From Malacoraja senta (taxonomy: Eukaryota), in the NCBI GenBank assembly GCA_038087875.1, contig CM075989.1:15316001-15380000 (forward strand): a DNA stretch of 64,000 nt. Direction: 5' to 3'. The notes beneath the pieces were generated by a model, which saw nothing but the letters and a program-made list of their open reading frames with translations, did not search any database and had not been told where the DNA came from. The position numbers and the translations under genes were made by a program. Below are positions 39,794-52,259 of the stretch, piece after piece (position 1 is the stretch's first letter; the number at the start of each line of letters is the position of its first letter).

Positions 39794-42173
39794 ATGGCGA
39801 TGGCTGGGGCGCGGCCGAAGAACCGGAGCTACGCAGGGGTGGCATCAGCGGCGGATGCGAGGTCATATGAGTGTGAGCCTTATGTTGACTTGGATTGGGG
39901 GGGTTTTGGTATCTCGGTCCAAACTGGGCCCCAGATGTCCAGGGGAGTAATTACAAAGGCCATGAATGACCTTCTTGGGGGGCGGGCTATTGTCTCTTCC
40001 GAGCTCGAAAGAGGAAAGGTGGAGATGATACTAAAGACCCGGGAGGATGTGGCCATAGCGTTGGAGAGGGGGATCCCAGTGGGGGGGGGGGGGGTCCACA
40101 TACAGGTGGATCCGTGGGTATCTAGGGTGAGACCGGTTCTCCTGCGGAGTTGCCCCACATATATTTCGGATGCAACACTTATTCCACACCTGTCTAAGTT
40201 TGGGGAGGTGCGGTCTAAGTGCTTTAGGCTCATGCACCCCGGGGGGGACCCGGAGGAAAGAGGGATCTTCAGTTTCAAGAGGAGGGTGTTCATGAAGGTG
40301 GGTGAGGGCGAAGGCGCGGAGGGGAGCTTCGAGGTGGAGTGTCAGGGTCTCCCTAGAACCGTGCATTGGAGTTGGGGAAAGGCACGGTGTCATGCGTGCG
40401 GTGAATTTGGACATCTCCGTAGGGAGTGTCTTCATCACGGGGTCGCTGCTAGAAGTTCTAGTGCAGCGGCCCAGGAATGCACTGCTGGCCCATCCGGGGT
40501 GGCTCGTCATGCCTCGGTGGCACGGGGTGGTACTGCTGACCTGGCTAGGGCTGCCAGCTCCGCCTCGGTGATCCGGGGCGGCAGTGATAGCCCATCTGGG
40601 GCTGCAAGTTCCGCCTTGGGGACCCGGGGCAGAGATGGCCCCCGCCCCCTAAGTCCTGAACCTGTGGAGGTGGCTGATGGTGAGGCGCAGGGGGAGGATG
40701 AAGAGGGGGAGGGGAATTGGGAGCTGCAGAAGAAGAGGAGGAAAAAGCCCAATCAAGTGAGTCCAACGCAATTTGAGACCACTCAAGGGGCGCCTGTCAG
40801 CTCCAGTAAGGTCCAGAGTGCACTTATCGTGGCCCAGCAAGGAGCTGAGGTGGTTCAGGTGGGGGTAGGGATGGTAAATCATGTGGGTGGTAAAGTGGCT
40901 GGGGGTAGTGTGGAGGAGGAAGACCCTTCCTTTATGGAGGTCACCGTACCGCCGCATGCTAGTGGGACAAAAAGGAGGTTTGGGCCTAGCGAGGAAGAGC
41001 AAGGGTGTGAGTCCAAAGTTAGGGGGTTGACTTTTTCCAGGCCTTCCACCACTGATGTGGTTGGTGGTATAGAACTGGTGTCTTCCGGGTTGGAGGTTGA
41101 GCCTCCATTTCAGGGATCTTCCGCGGGGATTGCAAGACCGGGTGATGGGGTTGATTCCTCTGGAGTTGTGTCCTATGGGCGGGTAGATGTCCCTTCATCT
41201 CAGGGGCCCTCCGAGGGAGTTATCTCATCGGGTGGTGAGGTTAGCTCCCCTGGGTGTGTGTCCTCTGGGTCGGAGGAGGTCCCCTCGTTTCAGAGGCCTA
41301 TTGAGGGTGTTGGCACGCCAGATGATGGGGTAGGCGCCCTTAGTAGTGTGCCCCCTGAGACGGGGGATGAGCAGTCAGCCCGAGGGGGGTGGGTCGGGGG
41401 CAGTGGTGTACCAGTCTGTGCTCCTCATCAGAGCCAGTAGAGGTAATGGGGGGTGTGCTGCCTCGCCGGCTGAGTTGGTGGGGGAGAGTTTAAAAGAAAG
41501 TGGGGAGCCTCTGGGTGTTGCCAGTGGAGGGGATGCTATAGGTGCTGTGGAGGTCGGGGCGAGTTCGGGTGGTGATCTCCTTTCAGATTCCGGGGGTGCC
41601 AGTGTATCACTGGCCCTGGGGGTGCCTAGTGTTTTTTTTTTCCCAGGCCCAGACGTAGAGGGTGATGGTAGAGTGCAGGTGCCCAGCCATCCAGTGGGCT
41701 GCCTGTTGCAGTCAGGGGTTTCGGGACCCTTCCCCGGCATTGATCCTGGGGGTGGTGTCTTGCTGGAGTAGTGGGAGAATGATAAGGCCGTTTTGAGTAG
41801 TGGAGTTAACGAACTTTCAGAGAGTTGTGGTCTTTCGATTTCTGACAACGACCTTGAGCATTGTGGTGTTGAGATTGTTGTTGCAGGTGCGAGTGAGTTG
41901 GCCGAGTGCCCAGGCTCCAAGGCCGAGTCTCATGCAAGTGATATCCGTGAGGTTCGGGAATTCCTAAAAATAAGCTGTACCATTAGAACAAAAATGGATG
42001 CTGCTAAAAGACGGTGGGCTGATTTGCCAGTTTTGATTAAGACTCTCGAGGCTATCCTTGGCAACAAGGGTAGTGATCTTCCTGACTCTGAGAAGAGCCA
42101 GTTTGGGGACTTTTTGGTGTTCCTCAGAGAGAGAGTTGTTGAGTCTACGGGGAGTGTGAGGGTCTCAATCTAG
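39794..42173 (+). pseudogene. Tx1 ORF1 (gag-like, zinc knuckle), disrupted
   Basis: 548-aa open part with CHACGEFGHLRREC; continues in other frames (41346-41771, 41793-42173). Confidence 0.8.
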
Positions 42174-45100
42174 TGTGCCTGCACATTCACAGTCGCAACA
42201 TTAAACTTAAACGGGAGTAGAGCGAGTTTTCGTAGATTTCAGCTTTTATCAGTCCTTAAAGAGGGGAGATTTGCAGTGTGTTTCTGCAGGAGACGCATAC
42301 CGTTGTTAGTGATGAACCTACATGGAGACTCGAGTGGGAAGGGGGGGTCTACATGAGCCATCTCAGCTCGAATTCGAGTGGGGTGGCCTTTCTGTTGGCC
42401 CAGAATTTCCCGCCAAATGTTCTAAAAGTGCAAGAAGTTGTGCCAGGACGTTTGCTCCATCTGGCCGTGAGCCTGGATGGCATGCCGTTGCATTTCATTA
42501 ATGTGTATGCCCCTAGCTCCGGTACGATGCAGGCCGGCCTAATTCAGGAGGTGACTGCTCTGTTGAGCACTATTGATAGGGGAGAGTGTGTCTTCCTTGG
42601 TGGGGACTTTAATTGCACACTTGAGGCGCGAGACCGTTCTGGTACTCAGTGTGCCCCTGCTGTAGCGAAGAAGCTGAGAGGTTTGATTGACTCCTTTGAG
42701 CTGGTTGATGCGTGGCGGAACCTCCACCCGGATTCCACTGCTTTTTCGCGGAGGTCTGAGGGAGGTGGTTCCCGTATTGATCGAATATACATTTCCCGAG
42801 CGTTTGTTTCCCGTGTCTCAGCGGCCTCAATGCGGTTGGTGCCGTGTTCGGACCACTGTCTGGTGCGTGTGGATTTTAATCCGGCGCGCACTCGGGCTGG
42901 GTCCGCGTACTGGCACTTTAACAACTGGCTGCTGGAGGATCGGTATTTCCGGGAGTCATTCAGTCGGTTTTGGGTGAAGTGGAGAGAGAGGCAGAGGTGC
43001 TTCTCTTCCCTTAGGCAGTGGTGGGATGTGGGGAAGGCTCACATCCGTCTCTTTTGTAAGGAGTATACGTGGGGGTCGACCGGACGACGGGACTCAGCGG
43101 TCGAGAGGCTTGAGAGGGAGCTACTGGACGCAGAGTCTCGCCTGGGTTGGGTTGGTGATGACTCCTGTGAATGGGGAGAGTTTCAGGAGAAGAAGGAAGC
43201 CTTGAGGAACCTGCTGTTTGAGCGGTCCCGAGGCGCTTTCGTGAGGTCGCGGGTCCAGATGATGCAAGATCTGGACCGAGCTTCGCCTTTCTTTTTCTCT
43301 CTGGAGAAAGGGCGGGGAGCACGCAAACAGCTCATAGAGCTGCTCGCAGATGATGGCTCCTCTGTCACTGATCCGGAGAGGATCAGTGCTGTGGTCAGGT
43401 CCTTTTATGGGTCCCTGTTCTCTGCAGGTGGATTCAGCGGGGAGGCTCAGCAGGACTTGTGGGAGGGTCTACCGACTGTTGATAGGGAGGTGGCCGATCT
43501 TCTTGATGGCCCCTTATCTTTGGAGGAGTTGACTCGTGCATTGTATCAGCTCAGGAAGGGCAAGTCCCCCGGGCTGGATGGGGTGACGGTAGAGTTTGTC
43601 AGAGCTTTCTGGGATATCCTGGGGGGTGATTACATGTTGGTTCTGGGGGAGAGTCTGGCGACCGGGGAGATGCCCCTCTCATGGCGCAGGGCAGTTGTTG
43701 TCTTGCTGCCCAAGAAGGGCGAACTCCGCTTGTTGAAGAACTGGAGGCCGGTCTCTCTCCTATGTACAGAGTATAAAGTATTTGCACGGGCAATGGCAAA
43801 TCGCCTGGGCTCTGTGCTGTCTCAAATGATTCATCCTGACCAGTCCTATACAGTCCCTGGCCGGTCCATTCAGGATAACATCCACCTGGTTCGGGACCTG
43901 ATTCATCTAGCTCAGGGTACTGGTCAGTCAGCTGCTTTTCTGTCTCTTGATCAGGAGAAGGCTTTTGATAGGGTAGAGCATGATTACCTATTCTGGACGT
44001 TGCAAGCGTTTGGAATTGGACCGCATTTTGTGGCCCGGGTCCGGCTTTTGTATGCTGCAGCGGAGTGCCTTGTGAAGGTTAATGGTGCGTTGTTGGCTCC
44101 CTTTCTTTTGGGAGGGGGGTCTATCAGGGGTGCCCCATGTCAGGTCAGTTGTACTCGGTCTGTATGGACCCGTTCCTGTGTCTTCTTCGGAGGAGGTTGA
44201 CAGGCCTGGCCCTACCTGGCCCGGGGGTGGAGGTGGTTCTTTCGGCATATGCAGATGATGTACTTCTTATGTTCACTGATCCTGGTGACCTGCGGAGGAT
44301 GCGTGACTGCCAGGAGATTTTCTCAGCTGCATCTTCTGCCAGGATTAACTGAAGTGCTCTGGTCTTTTAGTGGGTCAGTGGCAGGTGGATTCCCTGCCGG
44401 GGGAGATGGCAAGGTATGTGTGGAGCATCACACATCTCCTCTATCTGGGGGTTTACCCGAGTCCCACTGAGGATGCTTGGCAGGAGTTGGAGACGAAAGT
44501 GGTTGCCCGGCTGGGGCGCTGGTCGGGCCTGCTTGGAGTTCTTTCCTTTCAGGGGAGGGTGCTGGTCATAAATCAGCTGGTGGCCTCCATGTTATGGTAC
44601 CGGCTGGCTACTCTTGTCCCACCTTCCATATTTGTAAATGCTCTACAGAAGAAGCTGGTAGATTTCTTCTGGGGAAATAGTAAGCACTGGGTCTCTGCAG
44701 CGGTCCTGAGTATCCCGTTAGAGGAGGGCGGTTAGTCCTTGGTATGCGTGCGTACCCAGGTGGCGGCGGTATATGAGAACTCCCCCAGATAGGCACGCTC
44801 TGTGCCACAGTTACTTTTTTCGTCGGGGTCGTTGCGCCTAGAGGGGGTCTCGCTGCTCCCAGGGTGGCGGGCATCAGTCGACCCGCCTAAGGGGTTTGCC
44901 TGTTTTCTACCGGGATGTGCTCAGAGTGAGAATTTGGCTGTTTTCAGCCAGCGTGTTGCTCCACGAGGGGAAGGGGATGTTGCGGCTGCGGGAGTGGCCG
45001 GTCCTCGCCCAGTCATGGCGGGTGTCGAGGAGAGGGCGCCTCTGACTAGAGTGGTTCTGACTGAGCGTTCACCCGCTCCGTCAGATCTGCTCATCGGCAT

Positions 45101-45837
45101 ACGCTCCGGGATATTTCTCGGGCACCGGCTCCACACAACCTGAGCCGCCTTTCTGAGATGATCAGCATACCGTTTCGTGATGCGAAGAGACGCACACTGT
45201 ACCGAATGTTCCTGCACATTCTGCACCTCCTTGCCTTCGTTTCCCATCCTGACACACCATGGCGGACGGTGTTACCACCTGAAGGCGGGGGAGGTACCCA
45301 GTGGGGGTCCTTCTATAAGGGAGTTGTCCCCTTTACATTGGGGACCTGGGGTGGAGACTGTTGCACGGAGCGGTGGTTTGTAATAAACTTTTGAGTAGTT
45401 TCACGGGCTTCCGCCGCGCGTGTATTTTCTGTGCGAGGAAGAGACTGTGTTCCACGTGTACATGGAGTGTGCGAGGCTACTGCCCCTGTAACAATATCTG
45501 AAGGGGTTGTTCCTCAAGTTCTGGTTGCATTTTAGTCCCACGATTCTAGTGTTTGGGCACAAGGCAGGGGTGTGGGGAGAGCCAAGTGGGGGGTGGGACC
45601 TCCCGGTCGGTTTGCTCCTGGGCTTGGCCAAGATGGCCATTCGCGGGTCCAGGCAGCGCGGTCAGTGGTGAGCTGGAGTTGGCTGCCTGCCCCTCTTCCC
45701 GGGCGTACATCCGTGCATGGGTGTCCCTGGAGAGGGAACACGCGGTGTCCACGGGGACTCTGGAGGCCTTCCGTGGGCGCTGGTCACCACGTGGGGTTGA
45801 GAGTATCGTAAATAATGAATGTACTGTTGTACTATAA
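42174..45837 (+). pseudogene. Tx1 ORF2 (APE endonuclease-reverse transcriptase), frameshifted
   Basis: ATLNLNG, FLQETH, GGDFNC, SRIDRIY, SDH; KSPGLDG, NWRPVSLL, LDQEKAFDRV, YADD; C-terminal CIFC..ETVFHVYMEC. Confidence 0.92.
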
Positions 45838-46224
45838 TGATTTGTTTTGATATAACGTATTTTTTGATTATGTATTGATGTGTTGTATCATATGATTGTG
45901 TCGAATAAAGTTTTTGAAAAGGAAAAAAAAAATAAAAAATAGAGAAAGAGAAAGAGAAAATAAAGGAAGAAGGGACAGACAGAGATCGAGCAGGTAGACT
46001 ACATCGACTACATCAGAAATGGCATGATTCCAAGTGTTGGAGCTATGATATGCAAAACACTTATAACAGCTTACCTATTAGAATTTTGATTAAAACATAA
46101 ATTTGATTTTTATTCAATGAAGTGCACTCAGCTGAATATTAACTGTTATTCCTGAATTAAGGCACAACTCATCACTTCTAAACAAAAACTGTTACAAAAA
46201 AAAATTACAAATAGCAAAAATTAC

Positions 46225-46325
46225 CTGACAAACGTATGGCATTTCCCCTGGTTTATGATTGTCTTTCATATGCTGTAGAAGGACTTGCTCAGATTCATAG
46301 GATAACTCGCAAATTTTACAAATTG
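46225..46325 (-). CDS. ZNF280D: ZNF280D coding exon (C2H2 finger)
   Basis: tag|...|gtaatt; [33 protein letters not shown]; phase 1->0. Confidence 0.95.
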
Positions 46326-46654
46326 CTAGAAAGCAACCAAAGAACAAATTACATCTTCTCTAAATTTGATCCTGCAGATTCCTTGAATCTTATGAACTTC
46401 AATACAATAAGGAAAAATAGAACATGATGCAACTTGAACAAACAAGCGTATCTATTTTTTTGTTATGATGTGGCAAGATCAAGGCACCCTCCCTGAGGCA
46501 CAGGCAGAAGTCTTATTGGTATTCTACGCAATTGAAAGCAACAAACAATTCTAAATATAAAATATATTTTGCATTTTAATCAAATTAATAAGAAAAAACA
46601 GATGTCAAGCAATTTTACTATTTTAAACCTACGAAAAGGAAACTAAAAACTTAC

Positions 46655-46812
46655 TTGTTGTCTCATATGGAGAGTGAGCTGTTTCAATGTGGCATTGTAA
46701 CTGGAAAGGTGTGGGGAACTGACGATGGCAGTGCTGACAGGTGGTGTGGCTTTCCCAGCTCTCATTACTTTGCTTCTCCAGTTCCATATGATGCTTCATG
46801 TGGTTCATAAAT
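46655..46812 (-). CDS. ZNF280D: ZNF280D coding exon (C2H2 fingers)
   Basis: tag|...|gtaagt; [52 protein letters not shown]; phase 2->1, in frame with neighbours. Confidence 0.95.
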
Positions 46813-46822
46813 CTAACAAAGA

Positions 46823-47340
46823 TAATAATAATAATAATAATTCATTTTATTTACTGGCGCCTTTCTAAAACCCAAGGACACCTTACAAGGCATAGAATCA
46901 CAAAAATACAAAACACATAATCGGAATAAATTAAATATAAAAACACCACAGTACACAAATCAAGGACAGAATTCAATTTCAAAAGCACAAAAAGAAAATA
47001 AGAAACACAATTTGAGGAGAGAGCAGCGGCGACCAATTCGCGCCAGCGTCCTCTCCCCTCCGACCGCCATCTTGCACACAGACTAACAGGCACAGCACAC
47101 AAAAATCATCCCCCCACAATGACCACCACTGTGGGGGAAGGCACAATGTCCAGTCCCCAACCCAGTTCTCCCCAGAGTCAGGCCCAATGAGGCCTCCACA
47201 GTTGCCTCTACGAAGGCCCGATGTTCCTGGCCGTCGGGAGAGTCCTCGCAGCGGCTGGAACGGCCGGTTTCCCAGCGGAGTCGATGGCACCTGAAGCCGA
47301 CAGGGCCGCGCCGATTTGGAGCCACGAGGCTCCCGATGTT
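46823..47340 (-). mobile_element. Non-autonomous retroelement with L2-like 3' tail and (TTA)n end
   Basis: Minus-strand tail ggtgtccttgggttttagaaaggcgcc...aataaaatgaattattatt; GC-rich body shares caccactgtggNggaaggcaca with the insert at 6297-6437. Confidence 0.6.
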
Positions 47341-48126
47341 GGAGTAAATGAAGCAGTAACTGAAATACTTATGCAGCGCTTAACATTTCTGTGTCGTATA
47401 TGGAAGTAAATCTAGACAGTTGGTCTAACTTTGCAAAATGCACTCAATGAAAAAAACTTCCAGCAATTTTGTTGATAAAATGCACAAAATCAAGTACTTT
47501 AATGAATTTATAATGTTTGTTCATAACTTCAAACCTAAGAGGAACTGTTATCTTAACATGGGTAAAAGGGTTCTGTCCAGTGTGTCTGCCCATAATGTTA
47601 CCTCTTAATAGTCCTCAAACAGTGCTGAATTTACTAATTAGGTTATCTTGCAAAATTTTTATGGACCAGATGCACATTAAATAAAGAGAATTGCATAATG
47701 ATGAATAATGATCCATAGTTGCAAGAATCTGGTCCAGCAACATTTTGATATTTACTTGAATGGGATTATGAAGCCAGGGTGGGGTAATTTTGGTTGTGAA
47801 ATGCAGCATCGCAACTCCACAATTATTTTCCCCAATAAATCCAGATTCCCAACCTGAAAACCAATTTGACAAGCTTGGCTGTCTGCTAGACAAGAAATAC
47901 CCCAGAAGATGATGTGAGATTGGAACAGAAATTGTATTATTTCTTTGGGAGTGGATGAAGGAGCTCAATGTAATTTAGATATGCGAGTGCGATTATGGTT
48001 GATGGGGACAACAGGTTTGTTTGGCAGGACTGGGGAAAACAATATGCTTGCTCCAAATTTAAAAATAGTATTTCATAAACACCTCTTTCACAACACTGGC
48101 CCTGCCCTTTCACTGTGGAATTTCTC

Positions 48127-50135
48127 AAACTGGAGTTTAGAAGGTTGAGGGGGGACTTTATTGAGACTTACAGAATAATGAAAGGCATATACAGTGGCTT
48201 GCAAAAGTATTCATACCCTTGAACATTTCCACATTTTGTCACGTTACAACCACAAACGTAAATGTATTTTATTGGGATTTTATGTGATAGACCAACACAA
48301 AGTGGTGCATAATTGTGAAGTGGAAGGAAAATGATACATGGTTTTCAAATTTTTTTTACAAATAAAAAACTGAAAAGTGTTGCGTGCAAAAGTATTCAGC
48401 CCCCTTTACTCTGATACCCCTAAATAAAATCCAGTGCAACCAATTGCCTTCAGAAGTCACCAAATAATAAATAGAGTCCACTTGTGTGTAATCTAATCTC
48501 AGTATAAATACAGCTGTTCTGTGAAGGCCTCAGAGGTTTGTCAGAGAACATTAGTGAACAAACAGCATCATGAAGCCCAAGGAACACACCAGACAGGTCA
48601 GGGATAAAGTTGTGGAGAAGTTTAAAGCAGGGTTAGGTTATAAAAAAATATCCCAAGCTTTGAACATCTCACGGAGCACTGTTCAATCCATCATCCGAAA
48701 ATGGAAATAGTATGGCACAACTGCAAACCTACCAAGACATGGCCGTCCACCTAAACTGACAGGCCGGGCAAGGAGAGCATTGAACAGAGAAGCAGCCAAG
48801 AGGCCCATGGCAACTCTGGAGGAGCTGCAGAGATCCACAGCTCAGGTGGGAGAATCTGTCCACAGGACAACTATTAGTCGTGCACTCCACAAATCGGGCC
48901 TTTATGGAAGAGTGGCAAGAAGAAAGCCATTGTTGAAAAAAAGCCATAAGAAGTCCCGTTTGCAGTTTGCTACAAGCCATGTGGGGGACACAGCAAACAT
49001 GTGGAGGAAGGTGCTCTGGTCAGATGAGACCAAAATTGAAGTTTTTGGCCTAAATGCAAAATGCTATGTGTGGCGGAAACCTAACACTGCACATCACCCT
49101 GAACACACCATCCCCACTGTGAAACATGGTGGTGGCAGCATCATGCTGTGGGGATGCTTTTCTTCAGCAGGGACAGGGAAGCTGGTCAGAGTTGATGGGA
49201 AGATGGATGGAGCCAAATACAGCGCAATCTTGGAAGAAAACCTGTTAAGAGTCTGCAAACGACTTGAGACTGGGGTGGAGGTTCACCTTCCAGCAGGACA
49301 ATGACCCTAAACATACAGCCAGAGCTACAATGGAATGGTTTAGATCAAAGCATATTCATGTGTTAGAATGGCCCAGTCAAACTCCAGACCTATATCCAAT
49401 TGAGAGTCTCTGGCAAGACTTGAAAATTGCTGTTCACAGACGCTCTCCATCCAATCTGACTGAGCTTGAGCTATTTTGCAAAGAAGAATGGGCAAAAATT
49501 TCAGTCTCTAGATGTGCAAAGCTGGTAGAGACATACCCCAAAAGACTTGCAGCTGTAATTGCAGCAAAAGGTGGTTCTACAAAGTATTGACTCGGGGGGG
49601 CTGAATACTTTTGCACGCGACACTTTTCAGTTTCTTATTTGTAAAAAAATTTGAAAACCATGTATCATTTTCCTACCACTTCACAATTATGCACCACTTT
49701 GTGTTGGTCTATCACATAAAATCCCAATAAAATACATTTGCATTTGTGGTTGTAACGTGGCAAAATGTGGAAACGTTCAAGGGGTATGAATACTTTTGCA
49801 AGCCACTGTAGATAGAGTGGATGTGGAAAGGATGTTTTCACTGGTGAGAGTCTAGGACCAGGGGTCATAGCCTCAGAATTAAAGGGCGCTCTTTTAGAAA
49901 GGAGGGGAGGAGGAACTTTATTCAGAGGGTAGTTAATCTGTGGAACTCATTGCCAAAGAGGGCTGTGGAGGCCAAGTCAGTGGATAGAGTATAGACAAAT
50001 TCTTGATTAGAACGGGTGTGAAGGGTTAAGGGGAGAAGGCAGGAAAATGGGATTAGGAGGTAGAGATCAGCCATGATTCAATGGTGTAGAGTCGATGGGC
50101 CAAATGGCCTTATTCTACTATAACTTGTGAATGTG
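48127..50135 (+). mobile_element. CR1 3' fragment interrupted by Tc1 family B
   Basis: RLRGDFIETYRIMKGI|DRVDV reads through across the TA site. Confidence 0.85.
48192..49808 (+). mobile_element. Tc1 transposon family B (Passport-like), copy 2
   Basis: TA TSDs, same TIRs; ATG at 48570, premature TAG at 48708-48710, frameshift near 49245. Confidence 0.97.
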
Positions 50136-50698
50136 AAATCTTCTGAGAAGTGCAAAGCTTTGAACGGAGAGTGGGAGAGTTTAAAGGAGATTTGCGAGGT
50201 AATTTTTTACACAGAGTGGTAGGTGCCAGGGGAAGGATTGAGAGCGCACATGACAGGTATATTTAAGAGACATTTAGCCAAATACATGGGCAGGCAGGGA
50301 ATTGAGAGATTTTGATCATGTGCAGGCAGATGTACATTTAAAATTTGCATCATGGGCTGAAGAGCCTGTTCCAGTGTTCTAGTATACAGTGAACACAGTA
50401 TACTATGCTCTATGTAGAACACGAGAACAGGTAAGGCCATTTAGTACCAGAACCAATTCCACCAATCTGTGACACTGTGAATACTTGCCATTTACACAGT
50501 CACCTCAAACCAACACATCTCACAGATTTAAAATTAATGATTGACCTTGTATTTCATCTTAAATCTCTACCCTATCACCTTAAGTCTAAGCCTTCTAGTT
50601 TTAGAATCCTCAACACTGGAAATGGACTTTGGGCATTCACTTTATCCATACTCATCATGATGTTGCACACTTAAATACGGTCACCATTCAGCTTCGTA

Positions 50699-52259
50699 AA
50701 GTGCCATAATGTTTGGGATAAAGAGCCATCATTTATTTATTTGCCTGTGTACTCCATAATTTGAGATTTGTAATAGAAAAAAAAAATCACATGTGGTTAA
50801 AGTGCATATTGTCCTATTTTATTAAACGCCATTTTTATACATTTTGGTTTCGCCATGTAGAAATTACAGCTGTGTTTATACTTAGTCCCCCCATTTCAGG
50901 ACACATGGCTTCACAAGCGTTTGTAATCAAGCGTTTGTAATTGCTCAGGTGTGTTTAATTGCCTACTTAATGCAGGTATAAGAGAGCTCTCAGCACCGAG
51001 TCTTTCCATCACCGTTGGAAACTTTTATTGCTGTTTATCAACATGAGGACTAAAGTTGTGCCAATGAAAGCCATTACGAGACTGAGAAACAAGAATAAAA
51101 CTGTTAGAGACATCAGCCAAACCTTAGGCTTACCAAAATCAACTGTTTGGAACATCATTAAGAAGAAGGAGATCACTGGTGAGCTTACTAATCGCAAAGG
51201 GACTGGCAGGCCAAGGATGACCTCCACAGACAGAAGAATTTTCTTTATGATAAAGGAATAAAAACAAACACCTGTCCGACAGATCAGAAACACTCTTCAG
51301 GAGTCAGGTGTGGATTTGTCAATGACCACTGTCCGCAGAAGCCTTCATGAACAGAAATACAGCCGCAAAAATAGGATGGCCAGGTTACAGTTTGCCAAGA
51401 AGTACTTAAAAGAGCAAACACAGTTCTGGAAAAAGGTCTTGTGGCCAGAGGAGACGAAGATTAACTTATATCAGAGTGCTGGCAAGAGCAAGATATGGAG
51501 GAGAGAAGGAACTGCCCAAGATCCAAAGCATAACACCTCATCTGTGAAACACAGTGGTGGGGGTGTTATGGCCTGGGCATGTATGGCTGCTGAAGATACT
51601 GGCTCACTTATCTTCATTGATGATACAACTGCTGATGGTAGTAGCATCATGAATTCTGAAATGTGTAGACACATCCTACCTGCTCAAGACACATCCTACC
51701 TGTTCTACAGCAAGACAATGATACTAAACATATTTCTAAAGCAACAAAGGAGTTTTTCAAAGCTAATAAATGGTCAATTCTTGAGTGGCCAAATCAATCA
51801 CCCGATCTGAACACAATTGAGCATGGCTTTTATATGCTGAAGAGAAAACTGAAGGGGACTATCCCCCAAACAAGCATAAGCTAATGATGGCTGCACTACA
51901 GGCCTGGCAGAGCATCACCAGAAAAGACACCCAGTAACTAGTGATGTCCATGAATCGTAGACTTCAAGCAGTTATTGCATAAAAGGATATGCAACAAAAT
52001 ACTAAACATGACTACTTTCATTTACATGTCATTGCTGTGTTCCAAACATTACGGTGCCCTGAAATGGATGGACTATGTATAAACACTGTTGTAATTTCTA
52101 CATGGTGGAACCAAAATGTATAAAAATGACCTCTATTAAAAGCTGACATTGCGCACTTTAACCACATGTGATTTTTTCTATTACAAATCTCAAATTGTGG
52201 AGCACAGAGGCAAATAAATAAATGACGGGTCTTTGTCCCAAACATTATGGAGGGCACTG
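50699..52259 (+). mobile_element. Tc1 transposon family A, copy 3 (defective), inserted in a minus-strand CR1
   Basis: Eroded left tip; intact right end GGAGGGCACTG|TA; fragmented transposase. Confidence 0.93.

Larger units (their letters stand above)
39272..45940 (+). mobile_element. Full-length Tx1-clade non-LTR retrotransposon (antisense to ZNF280D)
   Basis: 5' UTR, ORF1 with CCHC knuckle, ORF2 APE+RT+Cys-rich C-terminus, AATAAA at 45904-45909, A tail. Confidence 0.93.
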
